Source of the DNA: Chrysomallon squamiferum
Taxonomy: Eukaryota; Animalia; Mollusca
Assembly: GCA_012295275.1 (NCBI GenBank)
Contig: CM022667.1
Location: 2,170,001-2,234,000 of the forward strand
Direction: 5' to 3'
DNA: 64,000 nt
The stretch's first letter is position 1; every line of letters begins with the position of its first letter. This document shows, piece after piece, positions 48,623-63,573 of this stretch. The translations under genes were made by a program, and so were the position numbers. Under the pieces are notes generated by a model. The model had not been told where the DNA came from. It saw only the letters and a program-made list of their open reading frames with translations, and made no database searches.

Positions 48623-51600
48623 AAGGAAGATATTCAATACCATCAGTTGATCATTTACTGATGTTAACCTTTATCTTCTGTGACATGTCAGATAAGCCTT
48701 ATGTAATTTGTCTTCCTAAGTAATTATATATTTGATTTTTCTTTCTTTTTTCTTTTTTCCTTTTTTTTTTTATAATTTAAAATAAAAAAATATATATATA
48801 TGAAGAAGAAAGGAATAATATTAGTGAAAATTAATAGATTCATATAATTTTAAGCATTATAATAAGATAAATTAACAAAAGAAGATTCAGTAAATGCTTT
48901 TACATAAAAGCAAAAAAATATAAAAAATTAAGCTATAATAAAAATAAAAAACAGAAGAATGAAATACAGTAAACAGTATAACAGTGCATTTCATCTGAAA
49001 TTAATGTCTTTATTGATATAGATTAGAAACATACTGAAAATGTTACTCAGGAGTTGTAATGTCAAAGAAAAAAAAAATATAGCGTTTTGCAGTTCATGTT
49101 AAAAACAGTGTTCAAATAATGCAATGATATTGGTTATCCAGTAGCATTTAAGAAAATTAATAATAATCTGATCCAAATGATGATTATAATGGTGTGTTGT
49201 ACTGTTGTCATTTGTAACAACAGTATGATGCTGTTTGCCAGTTCATGAAACAAATGTGAAAAAATCACTTAAAAATCAGGTCAGGTGATTTTGTAGTTGG
49301 GGGGGAAAAAGGAAAAATTATAACCAAACAAAACAGTAGATGAGCAAATATCAGTGAAATTTTCACTTTACTATTAATAGTTAGAGATTTTTTTACTGTA
49401 AATGGTTTCTTTAAAATTATTATTAGTGGAAGCAAATTCTATATATTCATTACTTGCTCACAGCTGAGACTTGATAAACTGAAGTATAAACACACATTAT
49501 GCTATGTGCCGCTGAGCTGTTTTTCCATTCTAGATATTGCCCCACAACTGATAAATCAAGACCATGCAAGGTGCTTTTTTAATCAGTGTTAAGGTGCCTA
49601 TAAAAGTTCCCTGATTGTTAATCGGTAAGACTAGCCATAGAACAGTGGCAGTAAATTTTGTCTCGCAGCATGATTATGCTAAAAATAAATGTGTTGGTAG
49701 CGTTAATAGATTCTTATTCATTTATCTTTTTAATTAATTTTAAGACTACTGAATTTTCATTAGTTCCATGGGTTGATGAAAAACTGTTTCTACCTTTTAT
49801 AGTCAACACAAATAGATATTTATGACAGGTAATGTGAAATAGGTAGTTATTTTTGATTAGTTTCAATCTGGCATAAAAGACTGACATATAAATCTATATA
49901 AAGAAATGTTTAATTAAATCACGTGTTTAACAAAATTAACATAATTAAATTTAAAATAGGACAGTGACATCACTCTGTATGAAGAAAGACAAGGGTTACA
50001 GAATTACAATTCAGTTGAAACTCTTTAAAAGCTTAGGTTTCTTTCAGTAACCACATCAGATATATTTACCTTTCATTGCAGTTGAAATTCTATTGTAATG
50101 CTTTCAAAATAATTATTAAAACTGGTGTATGTTTTTTATTTATTTATTTCTTAATTAAGAGACAGTTTTGAAGGTAATCAATTAATTATAGCACCTTGAC
50201 ATGTTTGTGTCTTAAAATAATTGTGAAAGTGCTATAAATCTTCATTGCCTGTCAGGTAATTGTAGCCTATAATTTTATTTCATTATCTGTATGCTTCTTC
50301 TAAGTCTGATGCTAAAAATGTCATCATATTATAACTTTCTGTTTCCCTTCTTTCATAATTGTTAACGATTTTAAATCATTTGGTGTATTTCAAAATAGTG
50401 TGGTACATGTTTTTTTCTGATTGAAAAAAATCATAATTTAACATTAATCATTAAATTTTTAAAAATTATTAAAAATTAATAAAGATGAAATTACTTATTT
50501 AAACATCTGGACATTAATTTGTCCTTGTCTGTTGTTGTCTAAGGATCACTGATAAAAGTTATTTTATGTTGAACTTACAATAAGAAAATTCCTTTTGAAA
50601 AAAATTTCTATCTTGAAACATTATTTTTGTTCCCCTCTTTTTCTTCATATTATATAATAGTGTGTGGGTGTGTGGGTGTGGGTGTGGGTGTGGATGTGGG
50701 TGTGGGTGAATCCAGTTAATTTATTTCTTAAAAAGAACAGAAAAGTACATGTTACTTTAGACAGATTGAGATGGTGATAAAAGAGGTAGAAAGAAGAAAA
50801 AGAAGATGTTGAAGAAACGGTTAGAAAATTAATACAAATAAAACTGGTTCAAATATCAGGAAAGTCCATTTCACTTCCAGTAAGTTCATTGACTGAAAAT
50901 GTAAAGTATGTCTCAAGTGGCTGGTGAATCATGACACAGCAGTAAGCCACTATTTCCTTCTGAACTTTGAAAACAGTCAAGTTTCTTCTCATTCAACTGA
51001 CGACAGCAATTTGTGTTTGATCACTGCCTCGATAAGACAGCGATGACACTGTTGACATTTCTCCTGGGAGTGGCTGCAGAGATTCCTGAAAGATATATTT
51101 TGCCTCCAGTTTGATTACTTTGATTGGCACACAAAGAAACAGAAAATGGTTTATAAGTTCAATGATTTTTGATGTCCATCAGTCAAACATTCTGAAATGT
51201 TTATAGCCGTCTGGCTGGGTTGAAAGAAAAATAGATTTATTTGTGCGGTAATTATAATTAACTTGGCAAATACGGATTTAAAGTTTATAATGTGAATTGC
51301 TGGATTAGAGTATTGTTTTTGTATTTAATTTGTATTGATTTATGGTTGTTATTTGTTTTCTTGTTTCCAATGCTCTCAGTAACAAACTGAATGTTTTATC
51401 AAATATATCAGATAAATAAAAGAAAGTGCTGGATTAATCTACATCTACAATTTTCCAGAATGTGATGTTTGTTTATTTATTTATTTTCTGTGGCTTTCCT
51501 AATAGAATATTTCGTAATTCTGAAATAAACATTTTTTTAAGTGGAATTATGAAAACTAAAATATCTTATAACCTTTATAATGCTGAATACTCATGAACAC

Positions 51601-54600
51601 TTGGATTACATTTAAAATTTCTGAATATCAGAATGCATGCATATGATGTTTGCAATCAATGAGGTAAACTGTGTTTTACCAGTCCATTTCTTTATTTTGT
51701 AAAAGAACAAAACTGAATGAAACTTATGCATTGAAAAAACATACCCATCTACATAGAACAATGTTCATTGTAAAACAGTCATACACCACCCAGAACCTAA
51801 TTTGATTCTAATGGGAATTGATATAAAAATGTTGATTAAATAATAGAATGACAACACAGTGACCATTAGGTTAATTAGATAACATCTACTGACTTCTCTG
51901 TTTGGACCAAATGAACTGTAGATGTATTCATTGTGACATGATTTCTTAAGTTAACAGAAAATCATCTGTATTGGACTTTAGTTTACAACAAGAGCCATCA
52001 TTTTTTGTGATGATAATGGCTGGGTTTTGACTGGTTGGTAGATAATGATAGCAAGAAAATCTTGAAATTCTCATGTTTTACAACAACCAAAAAGTATATG
52101 TAATAATAATATGTGAGATGTTTGTAGTGTTTAATGTTCAATCAACTAACAACTTCTTTGTTTTATTCTTTCTTTCTTTCATTCTTTTCTCCTTCCTTTC
52201 TTCTTTTCTCCTTCCTTTCTTTCTTTGAAAAGAAATGTTACTGACAACTGATTAAAATTATTGTATGTTTGGGTGATATAATTTAATGTAATGTAGATTA
52301 TGTTTCTCATAATTTGGAAAATGTGTGTGTCTGACATGTCTTTCTGTGGGTTGAATGTATCTGTAGTATTAGAATAATTATGATGTAGCTATCTGGTCCA
52401 TTGTGTTACTGGAACTGTAGTTTGCTGTGCTGTATAAACAGGCATCTCTTACAGGAATAGGTGAATGACTGTGACCTGTTCTTGTGTCTGTGTACATGTC
52501 TGTCTCTCTCTGTGTGTGTGTGGGGGGGGGTTCTGTTTTTTTTGTCCCGAGTGTATAAATGTATGCATGTCATCTGTATTCAAATGCCTATTTATTTTAT
52601 TTATGCAGTATCAACATTATTCCTCATTGATGTATGTGTGTGCATGCCTGTGTTTGTGTCTGCAAATGTTTTAATATGAGCTTGTCTGAATGGGAGGACA
52701 GTTTCTTTTTCTCTCTCTGTGTGTGTTATACATGCAATCTTTATGAAATATATTAAAATAATAATAACACAGAACCTGCCTATTGTGATATCCTTGCATT
52801 ATTAAAATACCAGAGGCAGCTGTAGTAGATAACACTGTCCATGCATTGTCACAGAGGAAGTGTGGCACTGTGAAAGTTAACAGTGTAGAAGAAATACCCA
52901 TTAGATTTAATAGATGACATTAACTGGTGTAATAAAAACAAGCCAGTACTTTCACACCGGAAAAATAAACTACTTTGCTGTAATAAAGGAAAAACATAAT
53001 ATGTTCATATTTTCATAATTTATGCCCAAGTAGCTGAATGTGTGCTTTTGTGTAGTCATTAATTTCTGTGTTGCTGCTTTAAATAGTAATATACTGAATT
53101 ATTAAGTAAAATCATTCAATTCATATATTAGAAATTTGCAGTGAATGCAAGTCAGGTTATAAAATTTAACACTGTTTAAACTTTTTCTCTTGAATTTGAA
53201 ATTTTATTGTTTATTGTTGTTGTTATTAAAAAAAAAAAAAAAAAAAAATGTATTTAATTTTTTTATTTTGTTTATATTAACGATAAAATAAATCCATGAA
53301 TTCATTGTAATAACACTGCACATTGATTTTAGATTATGATTTTAATCAGATATTGATAAAACCTCCTTTTATTATATAAAATATATCTTTTTATAAGAAG
53401 TCATTGTTTGGTTCTAAACAATTTGATATGACAGAAGTGTCAGCCACTTTTGTTGCCATCATCATACAAGAATCTGAACTGATTATAATAGGATTAAAAC
53501 ACTTTTCTTTACATTTATTTAACAAGAAAAAACAGTATCTGTTAATGCATACCTACTGTGGTAGAAATAAATGCTGTAAAAACATTCTTTAAATCTTCAA
53601 CCTATCATTTTTTTTTTTTTTTACAACCTGTCATTTCTAGTAACAAAGAATGAGAATAAAATAAAGACTCATTGCAAAATATTTGATTTCAACTATTTTA
53701 TCTTTTACTTATTTACTTTAATTAGATTAACTGATATTTTTTTCTCCTGATGCTAAAATAGTAGAAGAAGCTTCAAAGCAGACTTTTTTTTTTAACAGAA
53801 CTTTTCTTGTTATACTTCATTATTAATTAAGATTAGAAGGCAGAAGGAAAACAAACATGGAAATTTGCAATTTTTATTTGGACATTTATACTCTACTTTC
53901 AAACACAATCCATTCCAGAACCCTGTTCATTATCTGAATTGTGATTTGAATCATTAAAATAAATGTATGTAGAGATAATCCATTTTCAAGCCATTCCCAA
54001 ATTCCATATAAAAATACATAAAAATTGAAAATACATCTTCATATTTGAGTTTGAGAGAAACCATTGATTTCCATTTCACTAAGCTTGCTCATACTTGCTT
54101 CTTGTTCCTGTTTCAAAATGATTTTCTGCTTAATTTTGACATTATCAACTGTCTAGAGCACTTTTGCTTATCCATGGCTATGATAGCTGTAAATGTTTTA
54201 TGCAAAATAGTATTACTTTATGAAACAACAAAAAAGTGCACAATAAGATCTCAGCTTGTTATACAAAACATGGTCCGAAGACAATCTGGAGACTTTACAG
54301 CTGAGGATGCTCCAAACAGAATACAAAAATTGGTTTTGATTGTTACTGTTCTTCACCTTATGCATATGGAAATAAAAAATTATTGTATATTTATCTGTCA
54401 GTATCTTTTGATTTATACAGTCTACTTCTTTTCTTCAAACAGATTCCATCTTTGTACTGGCTATTCATTATTCATATTTACTTTCATTTCTTCAGAAAAA
54501 AGAAAAACATTTGTTATTCAAACTTTTCTTGTTATCCAAATAGTTCATAAACAGGGTCCCCACTGCACTTTAAAATCTGTCCTTGTCAAACCTCAGGTGT

Positions 54601-57600
54601 GACAGTTCTGAGTGTATCACATTTTAAAAACCGAGAAAAGTGGATTTAATTTGCCAGTAAAAACATTTAAAAAAATAAAAATAACTGCTTCTGATAAGAT
54701 GAAGATGACATTAATCTGGAAGCTTAAATTTCAATTATGTACTTGAGAAAAATCTGCATCTGATCTAGTGTATAATTAGAAGGTCAAGTTTGATGACAGT
54801 CTAGACACACAGTAACGATATCATTAAGAAATGTGTCAACAGTGTGTAATCTAGATTGATATATGTGTTTCTCTGAAATCAGTACATCTGTGACCCACCT
54901 ACGTAGTTAAACCCTCAATTCTTAATACTGGAAGATAAAAAGATTCTAAATTGGAGTGGTGACTGAAAAGTTGCTTCCAGTAATTTTCTAAAATGTGTTT
55001 AAAAGTTAAGCAATAAGGTAATTTGGTACTAAATTCTCATCTTCAACCCACTTACATTTCACAACTAAATCAACAAGAAAAAGGTTATTTAGAATAAGAA
55101 TTTTGCACACACACTCACACATGCATGGACATATGCATATGCATACACTTTCAGTCATACTCACATATATGGATATATACATAAACATAAACCAAAAAAA
55201 CCCCAGAAACACAGACACACACACACACCAACCAAACATTAACACACCAAAACCAACATACAAATACTTACTCATAGATATTCATAAGGTGTTTGAATTC
55301 CCAATTCATTTAGGTGTCCACTATTTATTGACTGCATTCAGTGGGGTGATTGGTAAAAATCAGAATGATTTTTATTTAATCATCAATTGCAATAAATTAA
55401 AGCTATGTACAGAAATCTGTCTGGAAGGGAAAATCAGCTGCATCAGATGTATAAAAAAGAACAAATAAAAATATACAATACTAACACACTTTTTTGTTTT
55501 GTGATACATACATGGAAAAGAATATTGATGAATCTAATATATAAAAAAGCAAAAGAAAAGAAAAAGAGAAAAACACTAAAATTGAAAGATTTTGCTTGCA
55601 AGGAACTTGTTACTGAGTTTTAATCTTCAGTAACTAAATGTGAATAGGTCATAACTGTTTGTGCCAATTTTTTTTTCTCCACTTATTTAATATGAATAGT
55701 CCCTAACTGTTAAGCTGTGCTTTGCCAGTTTTCTGATCAGTGGTTTATCAGCAGGTTAGCTTTGTAATTAGATAAATTAGGTATAAGCATGAATATAATG
55801 AAATCATTGCCATTACATTATTAAACCATTAGTGTCCAGAATAGTCTTATACAGCTCTATAGTTAAAGTTCAGATGGACAAGATGAAGTAAACTCAGATC
55901 AATAGTTTTTCTTATTATTAGAAAAATTATTGCTAGATCATTGGATTTATCCTTTCTTAATGATCAACAAAAATCCTTCCTATACAGATAAAGCCTGTGA
56001 AAAATTTCTTTAGCAGACATTTTTTCATTAAATTCATTAAAAGAAAATGTGATTTTGCTTGAAATGGATCTTGCACACCAAAGATACCTCTATTGTAAAT
56101 GACATTTAGCAGACAGTTTACTATTACATACATGACAAATTAATTTTTTCAGAAAAATTATGCTTATTAAAAATTATCTTGTTGACAAATTATCAGGCAG
56201 TTTGTTAGTTTTATGATGAATTACTGTTAGCAGACAATTTGCTATTTCATTCATATATATTTGCACATCCTTAGAGTACTATTTCGGGTGTATCTTGTTC
56301 TTTTTAATGCTCCTGCTGTGAATCTTAAGAAGAGTAAAAACAGATATTGTAGCTCTTATTTCAGAATAAGCCAGAATAAATGGGAGATAAAATAACAAGT
56401 TGAGTGTTTTCTGTAATAAATCTAATAATAAATCAAAGCAGTACTCTGTGAACCGTTAATGCACTTGGAGTGCTCAAGATATACATACTTGAAGATTTAC
56501 TGAAATGGTAAAAATAAAATCCTTCTTGACTGCATGTTGATTTAAGGAATATCTCCATTAAGAGATCTGAACTGATAAAAGCTACTGGAGTTTTCAGTAA
56601 ATCATAATTTCCAGAGTCATAACACAGTTTCCATATTGTTTCATTGCCACTAAACAGAAAGATAAAACAATTCCCCAATCCCATCAGTGTTGATAATCAG
56701 CTGAACTGAGCTATTACATTATCCTGAAGACAATTAGATCTCAGCAACTTGTAACCAGGCATCTGTCAAACCACATGACAAGAAAAATCTTAGAGAGAAA
56801 TTAGTTTTGTGATTTAGTTTGCACCACTGACCACTGTCCACTACTTACTGAACCTGTGGTTATAAGCTGTTTCATGACATACACTGGTTATAGTTATCAC
56901 CAGTAATAGTGTTTTTCTTTTTCCTTTGGTTTGTTTAGACATTAGTAAATATTCTAGTTCAAATTTATAATTCTAGAAAACAAGAAATCCAGTAATTAAT
57001 TTACTTCTTTTTTTCTTTGTTGTTGCTGTGGGATTTTTTATGGAGTGCTGTATCATACTTAACCACTGAATTATAATTACCAGTATTACCACCACTCCTA
57101 TTGCAATCATGATAATAATAATTTTCTTATTAGATTTTTGTATTTGTTTTACACACAATTATTTTTATAACTTTTCACCTCCTTTCTTTTTTAATCTTCT
57201 TCATAATATAAAGTATGGAAATAATGAGACCAATATGTCACATCTCTTCATTTAAATGTTTTCAATATTTATATACACACACAGCAGCTTATTATATGCA
57301 ATCTGCATTAACCCTTGCATGCATTCAGTTACTGTTAAATATGAGCAGCCTATGTCTGTGTAGCTGATGAGGTTTATTCTGTACTGAATAAAGTGAGATT
57401 TAAAGCTATAGTAAGATTAAATCCTTTTAAATTCTGCTAGATACCCACAAAGTCTCTGCTGATGAGAAGTGTGTTTCTGAATTGAAGAAATTACTTTTAA
57501 ACCTCCTTCAGACAGTTAAACAAGATTATATAACAGACTGACACAGCCTTTAGTATTTAAAGATAGGGAACTGAGATTAAAAATAGAATGGATTGTTTCA

Positions 57601-60354
57601 TCTGTCTGTGTTTTTTTGTTGTTTTTCTGTCTGTCTTTCTGTTAATGCAACCTGTCACTTCTAATCAGGTCATATGTAAAATAATATTCCCTGTGGCCAA
57701 GCAAAATAGTATTCCCCAAGAAATTAAGGCAGTGTGTGGCAGTAGAATATGCTAAATATGCTAAGTTTCATTCTGTTTAGTGATCAGTTTAGTTTCAGCC
57801 TTTTCTTTTATATTGACCATTAGTAACATATAAAACTGATCTAGATTACCTCTACCTGTATTGTTTTGAAAACAGTTGCAAAGAAAACTTCAAACCAGCA
57901 CAAAGCAAGTAAGCAGAGTAACTGAAATTAAATCCTATTGCATATCAGCATCTTCATCCAGGACTTGGTCTTTGTTTCCTTCAGCAGCTTGGACATGAGA
58001 AGATTTTGTTTTGGGCAATAATACTCAATTTAAACTGGAAACATGCTGGTTCTTGTTTGCTGATTGACTGTCTGAGAGTCTGTCTGAGTGTCTGAAGTAT
58101 TCAAGCAAGGGTTTAAACATTTTTCTTCTTTTTGTGATTTCCTTGCTTTCCATTTTTTATTCTGCATGTGACACTGAATCCAAATTTCTCAGGGCTGTCC
58201 ATTCAAATTGTAATGAAATTTGGCAGACTTGTATGTTAGTGTTTTGTTGACATTATTACAATGGGGTCTTGGTGAAATTTTTTATGGTATTCACGTTATC
58301 AAGGTTGACTGCTTAAAAAGCACACACAGTTTAAGGCTTCTTTTCAAAAAACAAAATCAATAGTCACTCTATAGCAATGTCAACATATGCACAATGTACA
58401 CTTCTTCCAAAAAATTTAGTTTTTATTCATGTATTATGCAGCTGTAAAATCAGTTCTTTGTGGGTTTCCATGACAGCATGTTTTGATTTTATGGTTAATA
58501 TTACATAGATATTGGTGGCATTCATTGCCATGTTATTCTGTACATATTACACAGTTTCTGACATATTTCTTACACATTTTAAATTTCCTGATAAATAATT
58601 TAAAAAAAAAAAAAAAAAAAAGAAAAGAAAAGTAGACTGAGTTATAATTCAATAATTTCAATATATTAAAATCTCTTAAGAAAAGAAAGAAAGATAAAAG
58701 CACTTTATTTTCGTTAACAGCTAAAAATATATAAACTGTAATTAAAAAAGTATACAGAGGCAAAAGAAAGGTAATAATAATAATACTTATAATAGCAAGA
58801 ATAATGTGAACACATAGGCTCTCTCTCTTTCTCTCTCCTTCCTTAAAATCAGAAAAAGGATAAATTAAAAAGAATCTTTCACAGTTAATATAAACTGGCA
58901 GATGGACTTTCTTAATATGCATCCTTCTGGGGTTTCTGGTTAATGATTTATCACAAGTAAAACAGCATTTTCTCTGTCTGATAAACTGCTATTACTAGCA
59001 GAAAGCTTTGCTTGTATTTCATCACTGAACTGATGCTAACTGAGTCTGTTTCTCTCAGAAAGTAGGAAGAGGAACAAAAAAATGAATTACTAATGTCTGA
59101 AGACGTGAAAAGAATTAAATCTTTGTACACATTTTATATATTTACACATTACATTCGTTTTTTTGTGTTTTTTCTCCTTTTTTTGTTATTTTGTTGCTGC
59201 TAATCTGACTAATGTTATCTTGTTTGAAATTGAATGAATGCATACGGATCATTCCATTTAAATTGCCCAATGGGTTTAACCTGACCATTTTTGATTTTCT
59301 TGGCATATCTAGCACAAATCTCAAATATTAGTTCAATCAGAGCAGTAGTTTTGGAGCTATGGGCCATCAGAAGTTGGCTTTTGACAACCACTCTTGAGAG
59401 CCAGATATCTTGATAACCAATTGGTCAGTTGTAGAATTTTAATAAGAGTTTAGGAATCCTTATCAAATTATCTCTCCAATGGCATGTCTAAACCACATAA
59501 CAGGAAAATTGAAGATGATGAGGTTAAAATTTGACTTGTTTATCTATAGATGTGCAAACACACAAAACATGTATGAACATACAGACACACATACAAATAT
59601 ATAAATACATATGCATATCTAATCAAATTTTTTTAATTTGTTTTGGTTTTATTGTTTATTTAGCCAGTTTGTTTCTAAATATATGTTTTATCTTCCTTTT
59701 GTTTGTTTTTTTGTTGTTTTTTTTGTAATTTCTGTATATGGTATCCTGATTCATATAAGTTACAAATCACTAAAAATGGATTCCAGTATTTATCTAGACT
59801 ATGACATCTACATTTGCCTATTCCAAAAGTGATTTGCATTCTATTTGATAAGAAGGAAAAAAGAAAAGAAAAATAATCTTGTTTATTTACTGGACTTGTA
59901 AAAGAGTCATTCACCTTCTGTTGATCATTTTTGAATTCATCCTTTGATTATTTTTTAATTTCTCAGACCAACAATAGTCAGGCTAAGAATATATATTCTT
60001 TACTGATAAATGATAATAATAGTCCAAATAATAGCAGGAATGTCTTTCATTTCCATATTTTCTTTACACTCAAGTGAATTAATACCTAGTAACCATTATT
60101 GTTAAAATCTACTGAATATTGTATCATTCATTCTATCAGTATTTTCTGTAAATCTCTTAAGGATACTTTCATTGTTGCAGATATTGACCGTATTATAGAT
60201 GTGGTAATTTAAACATATATACATTTTCTAAAGATTTAGAGAAAATTTGTATTACATACAGTTTCTTTATGGTTTTGCAATAAAAATACAATGAATAAGA
60301 AATATAATGAACAAAATAAAGTAATTTAAAGAATAAATAAATAAAATGTGGTAA

Positions 60355-60606
60355 AAGATTTAAAGACTAATTTCAATAGAAAGACAATTAGGCAGAAATT
60401 TAATATTCAGAACTGTACAAAATTAAGAATTTAATAATAATAATAAAATGTCATAAAAGCTTTAAATATAAATTTCAGTAGAAAGACAGGAAGAAATCTG
60501 ATATTCAGTAGTGTACAAAATTAAGTAATTCAAAAATAGCAATAATAAATTATAAAAAATTTAAAGACAAATTTCAGAAGAGAGACAGTAAGGAGGAAAT
60601 TTAATG
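60355..60606. repeat. ~102-bp degenerate tandem repeat, about 2.5 copies
   Basis: AATTTCA.TAGAAAGACA...GAAAT.T.ATATTCAG...TGTACAAAATTAAG repeated. Confidence 0.8.
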
Positions 60607-61373
60607 AACTGTCTGCCATTGGTTTTGACACATACAATCATGTTACTTCATTTCATTGTCTCACTGCAGATAAGAGCTCCTTTGGGACATGCTGAAGGCT
60701 GTTAGATATTCCTCAAAGCTTTGTACAGGGTAATTCTGTTTGTATGATATTTATTTAGCATCTGATTCTTCAATAACAGTGGCTGGTATTTTTCTGATAC
60801 AAATTTACTTCCTACATTTCAAGTGTTATTAAAGTAATGTTTTTAAATTTATGGTTTCTCTGTCTCTGTCACTCGTGTTTTTCAAACTAAGTATTTTATC
60901 CCTCTCTTTGTCTCACATATGTCAAACTCAATACTTTATTTTAGATGCTTTAGAAATACTATTTTGTGAACTTTTCATTCCACATGACTTCCCATCGACA
61001 TTATGCAATATTAATTGGTAAAGACAATGAATAAATACAGTTTATATAAAATCTGGTATAAAGAACTTCTAAAGCCATTCTTCTTTGCTTTATTGTTAAA
61101 GATTACTACAAAGATTGATTTTATATTGTCTGTAATAAATTCTGAAAAGTAAATATCATGGCCTCTAATAACCTGTTTCTCAGACTTTAATTGGAATAGA
61201 AAAAAACTTTACTTTCTTGTTCCTAGTAAATATATTTAGTTAGTATTGTTTTTAACCTAGCTGCAATTGGAATTTTTAAAAGAATTTCTACATGCTAAAT
61301 CTGCTATATTTCCATATTCCAGATATAATTTTTCTGTAAACCATTTATCTGGAGAGCTGTGAAGTAGAGCTGA

Positions 61374-61379
<6 letters not shown>

Positions 61380-61428
<49 letters not shown>
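61380..61428. repeat. (GT)n microsatellite
   Basis: GT run. Confidence 0.95.
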
Positions 61429-61431
<3 letters not shown>

Positions 61432-63522
61432 AAATAGCCTCAGGCAAGTGAAAACCCTATGATGTGTCACCTGTCTGGTGACCAAATAGTTGTATATATT
61501 GTATTATGTATCAAAATGCAAATAACAAATGATTGTAACAGCCTAGAAACCTATTTTTTAATTCACTGTTTTCTGCTGGTTCCTGTTACTGTCTTCTCGA
61601 CTGAACTTATATAGGACATAATAACAACCACTTCCTGCAAACAGACTTAAAGTATTCAGAAACCTTGGCCCGCAGGTTCAATCAGAATACCTTGGTCATG
61701 TCCATTTAGGCCCCTGAGGTCTTCTGAAATTACATTGTGTTGAAATGTTTTTGTTTCTTACACAACATACTGAGTCTGCTATCACCAGTAGTCATTACAA
61801 GCGATGTGAACAAAAGCTATCATTGCCTGTGTAGGTGTGAGTGTTGTTTGGGAGTTCAGTTAAATTGAAATCTTGACAGGTTGCCTATCAACAAGAGAGT
61901 TGTTGTTTGTCTTTTAGCAAATGCCTACATCTAGTGAACACATGTGATGTCCATGTATGTAATGCCATTATGGTAAATGTTGTTTTAGCCATAAAACATT
62001 AAAAGCACTTTATTTATTCCAAGACCAAGGTCTATTTCCTTCATGTGTGTCATAATTACAGTTTTTAATTGGTTATATCTTTTCAGTTTAAGTTAAAAAG
62101 AATACAACAACAACAAATTAACAAAATTTGGTCAGAGGTCATTCAAAACTTGTACAGGTGAGTCCAAGTATTGCCCAAAAACCAGGCAAAAAACAAATCT
62201 GATGTACACACCCTGTACACACACACGCCAACACTCACAACCACAGACAGATAGACAGACACACACACACATACACTGACACATACACTTATATATACAC
62301 ATAAAACATTGTGATACCATCAATCTCAGAATCTTCTCTATGGGGTCAAAATTATTCAGATAAAACAACTGATTGCAAACTAACAATTATTATGGATGAA
62401 CAAAACAGAAAAATATGATGACAAAGTAATCCTACAGTGTTGAGATAAATGAAACAGAATAGGGGAAAATCAAAACTTCAAAATGAAATAAATAAATCAC
62501 ATAAAACATAAAAATATGATTTTGATAAGACATTCTGACATAGACAAACAAAATGTACCAATATCTGATTCAAAAATCATTAAATGTTGGTAAATGAATG
62601 CCATTAATCATGTGGTACAGAAAACAAAGTCTGATTTTGATAAAAGAATGTGACAGAAAGGTTGATTATACATGACAGTGTCTTAACGTTCTTGTGGACC
62701 TGCTCCTGGATCTCATTAAGGAAATTACTGATGGATTTGCATGTCATTTTGGGTCAGGTTTGTGCTTTCTCAGAGAAACTGACACTAGAATCAATCTTCT
62801 AGAGTGGACATTAATACAGGTCTGAGTGAGATTATCGATGTACGAACACAGTAAGAAGAAAATTCATGTAACTATTTGGGTGGTACATATGTTATTATAT
62901 TTTAGTATTTTGATTTCCCACCAAAGAGTGTCAATATTTTGACTTTCTTTTATTGTAACTATTATTATTTATTATCAGCTACATTATCAACATTATTATT
63001 ATTGCCAGTATTATTAGGTTTCAGTGAAATAAAAAATAAGTAAATAAATAAAAAAAAATTGATATAAAATTATAAAACCCTTGCTGCATTCCATTTTTAT
63101 CAGTGAATGCAAAGAATCAGTTATGAGCCACATTGCAGTAGGAAGGAGGGTACATATGCTTTAATATATCTTTTAATGAGCACACTGAAACAGAAAAAAG
63201 CTGATTGACAAACCACAGAGTAGATATTCTCAACATGCTTTGGCGACAGCTCTTTTTAGAGTTCTTTTCAGGTTCCACAATCCCCTGTTTAAAAAGGATA
63301 CCCAGAATACAACAGGAACAGACAGAAAATCTCTTACATTTTTCAGCTGTGGCCTCCTGCAAATGTTCCAAATACTCCCAGTATATCTGTGTGCTCCCAT
63401 TGAGAATGACTGTGACAGACAATTAATCATGCAACAAAATGAGCTTTAAGACAACATTCTGACACTGAATCTAATTCTTTCAGGAGAATAAGGAAAAACC
63501 AGAAGGAATGAGAAAGAAAAAG

Positions 63523-63525
<3 letters not shown>

Positions 63526-63570
<45 letters not shown>
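63526..63570. repeat. (GT)n microsatellite
   Basis: GT run. Confidence 0.95.

Positions 63571-63573
<3 letters not shown>

Noticed and set aside
54045-54602. Longest track ORF (185 aa)
   Set aside because: TTG start, composition typical of AT-rich non-coding DNA, no domain and no DDX1 similarity.
34286-54806. Two palindromic Smad sites GTCTAGAC (34286, 54799)
   Set aside because: Two 8-mers in 64 kb is near chance, and neither has an adjacent GGCGCC-type element.
63117-63449. Four overlapping short ORFs; possible DDX1 exon 21
   Set aside because: No frame resembles the expected DDX1 continuation or any protein I recognise, and there is no convincing acceptor/donor pair.
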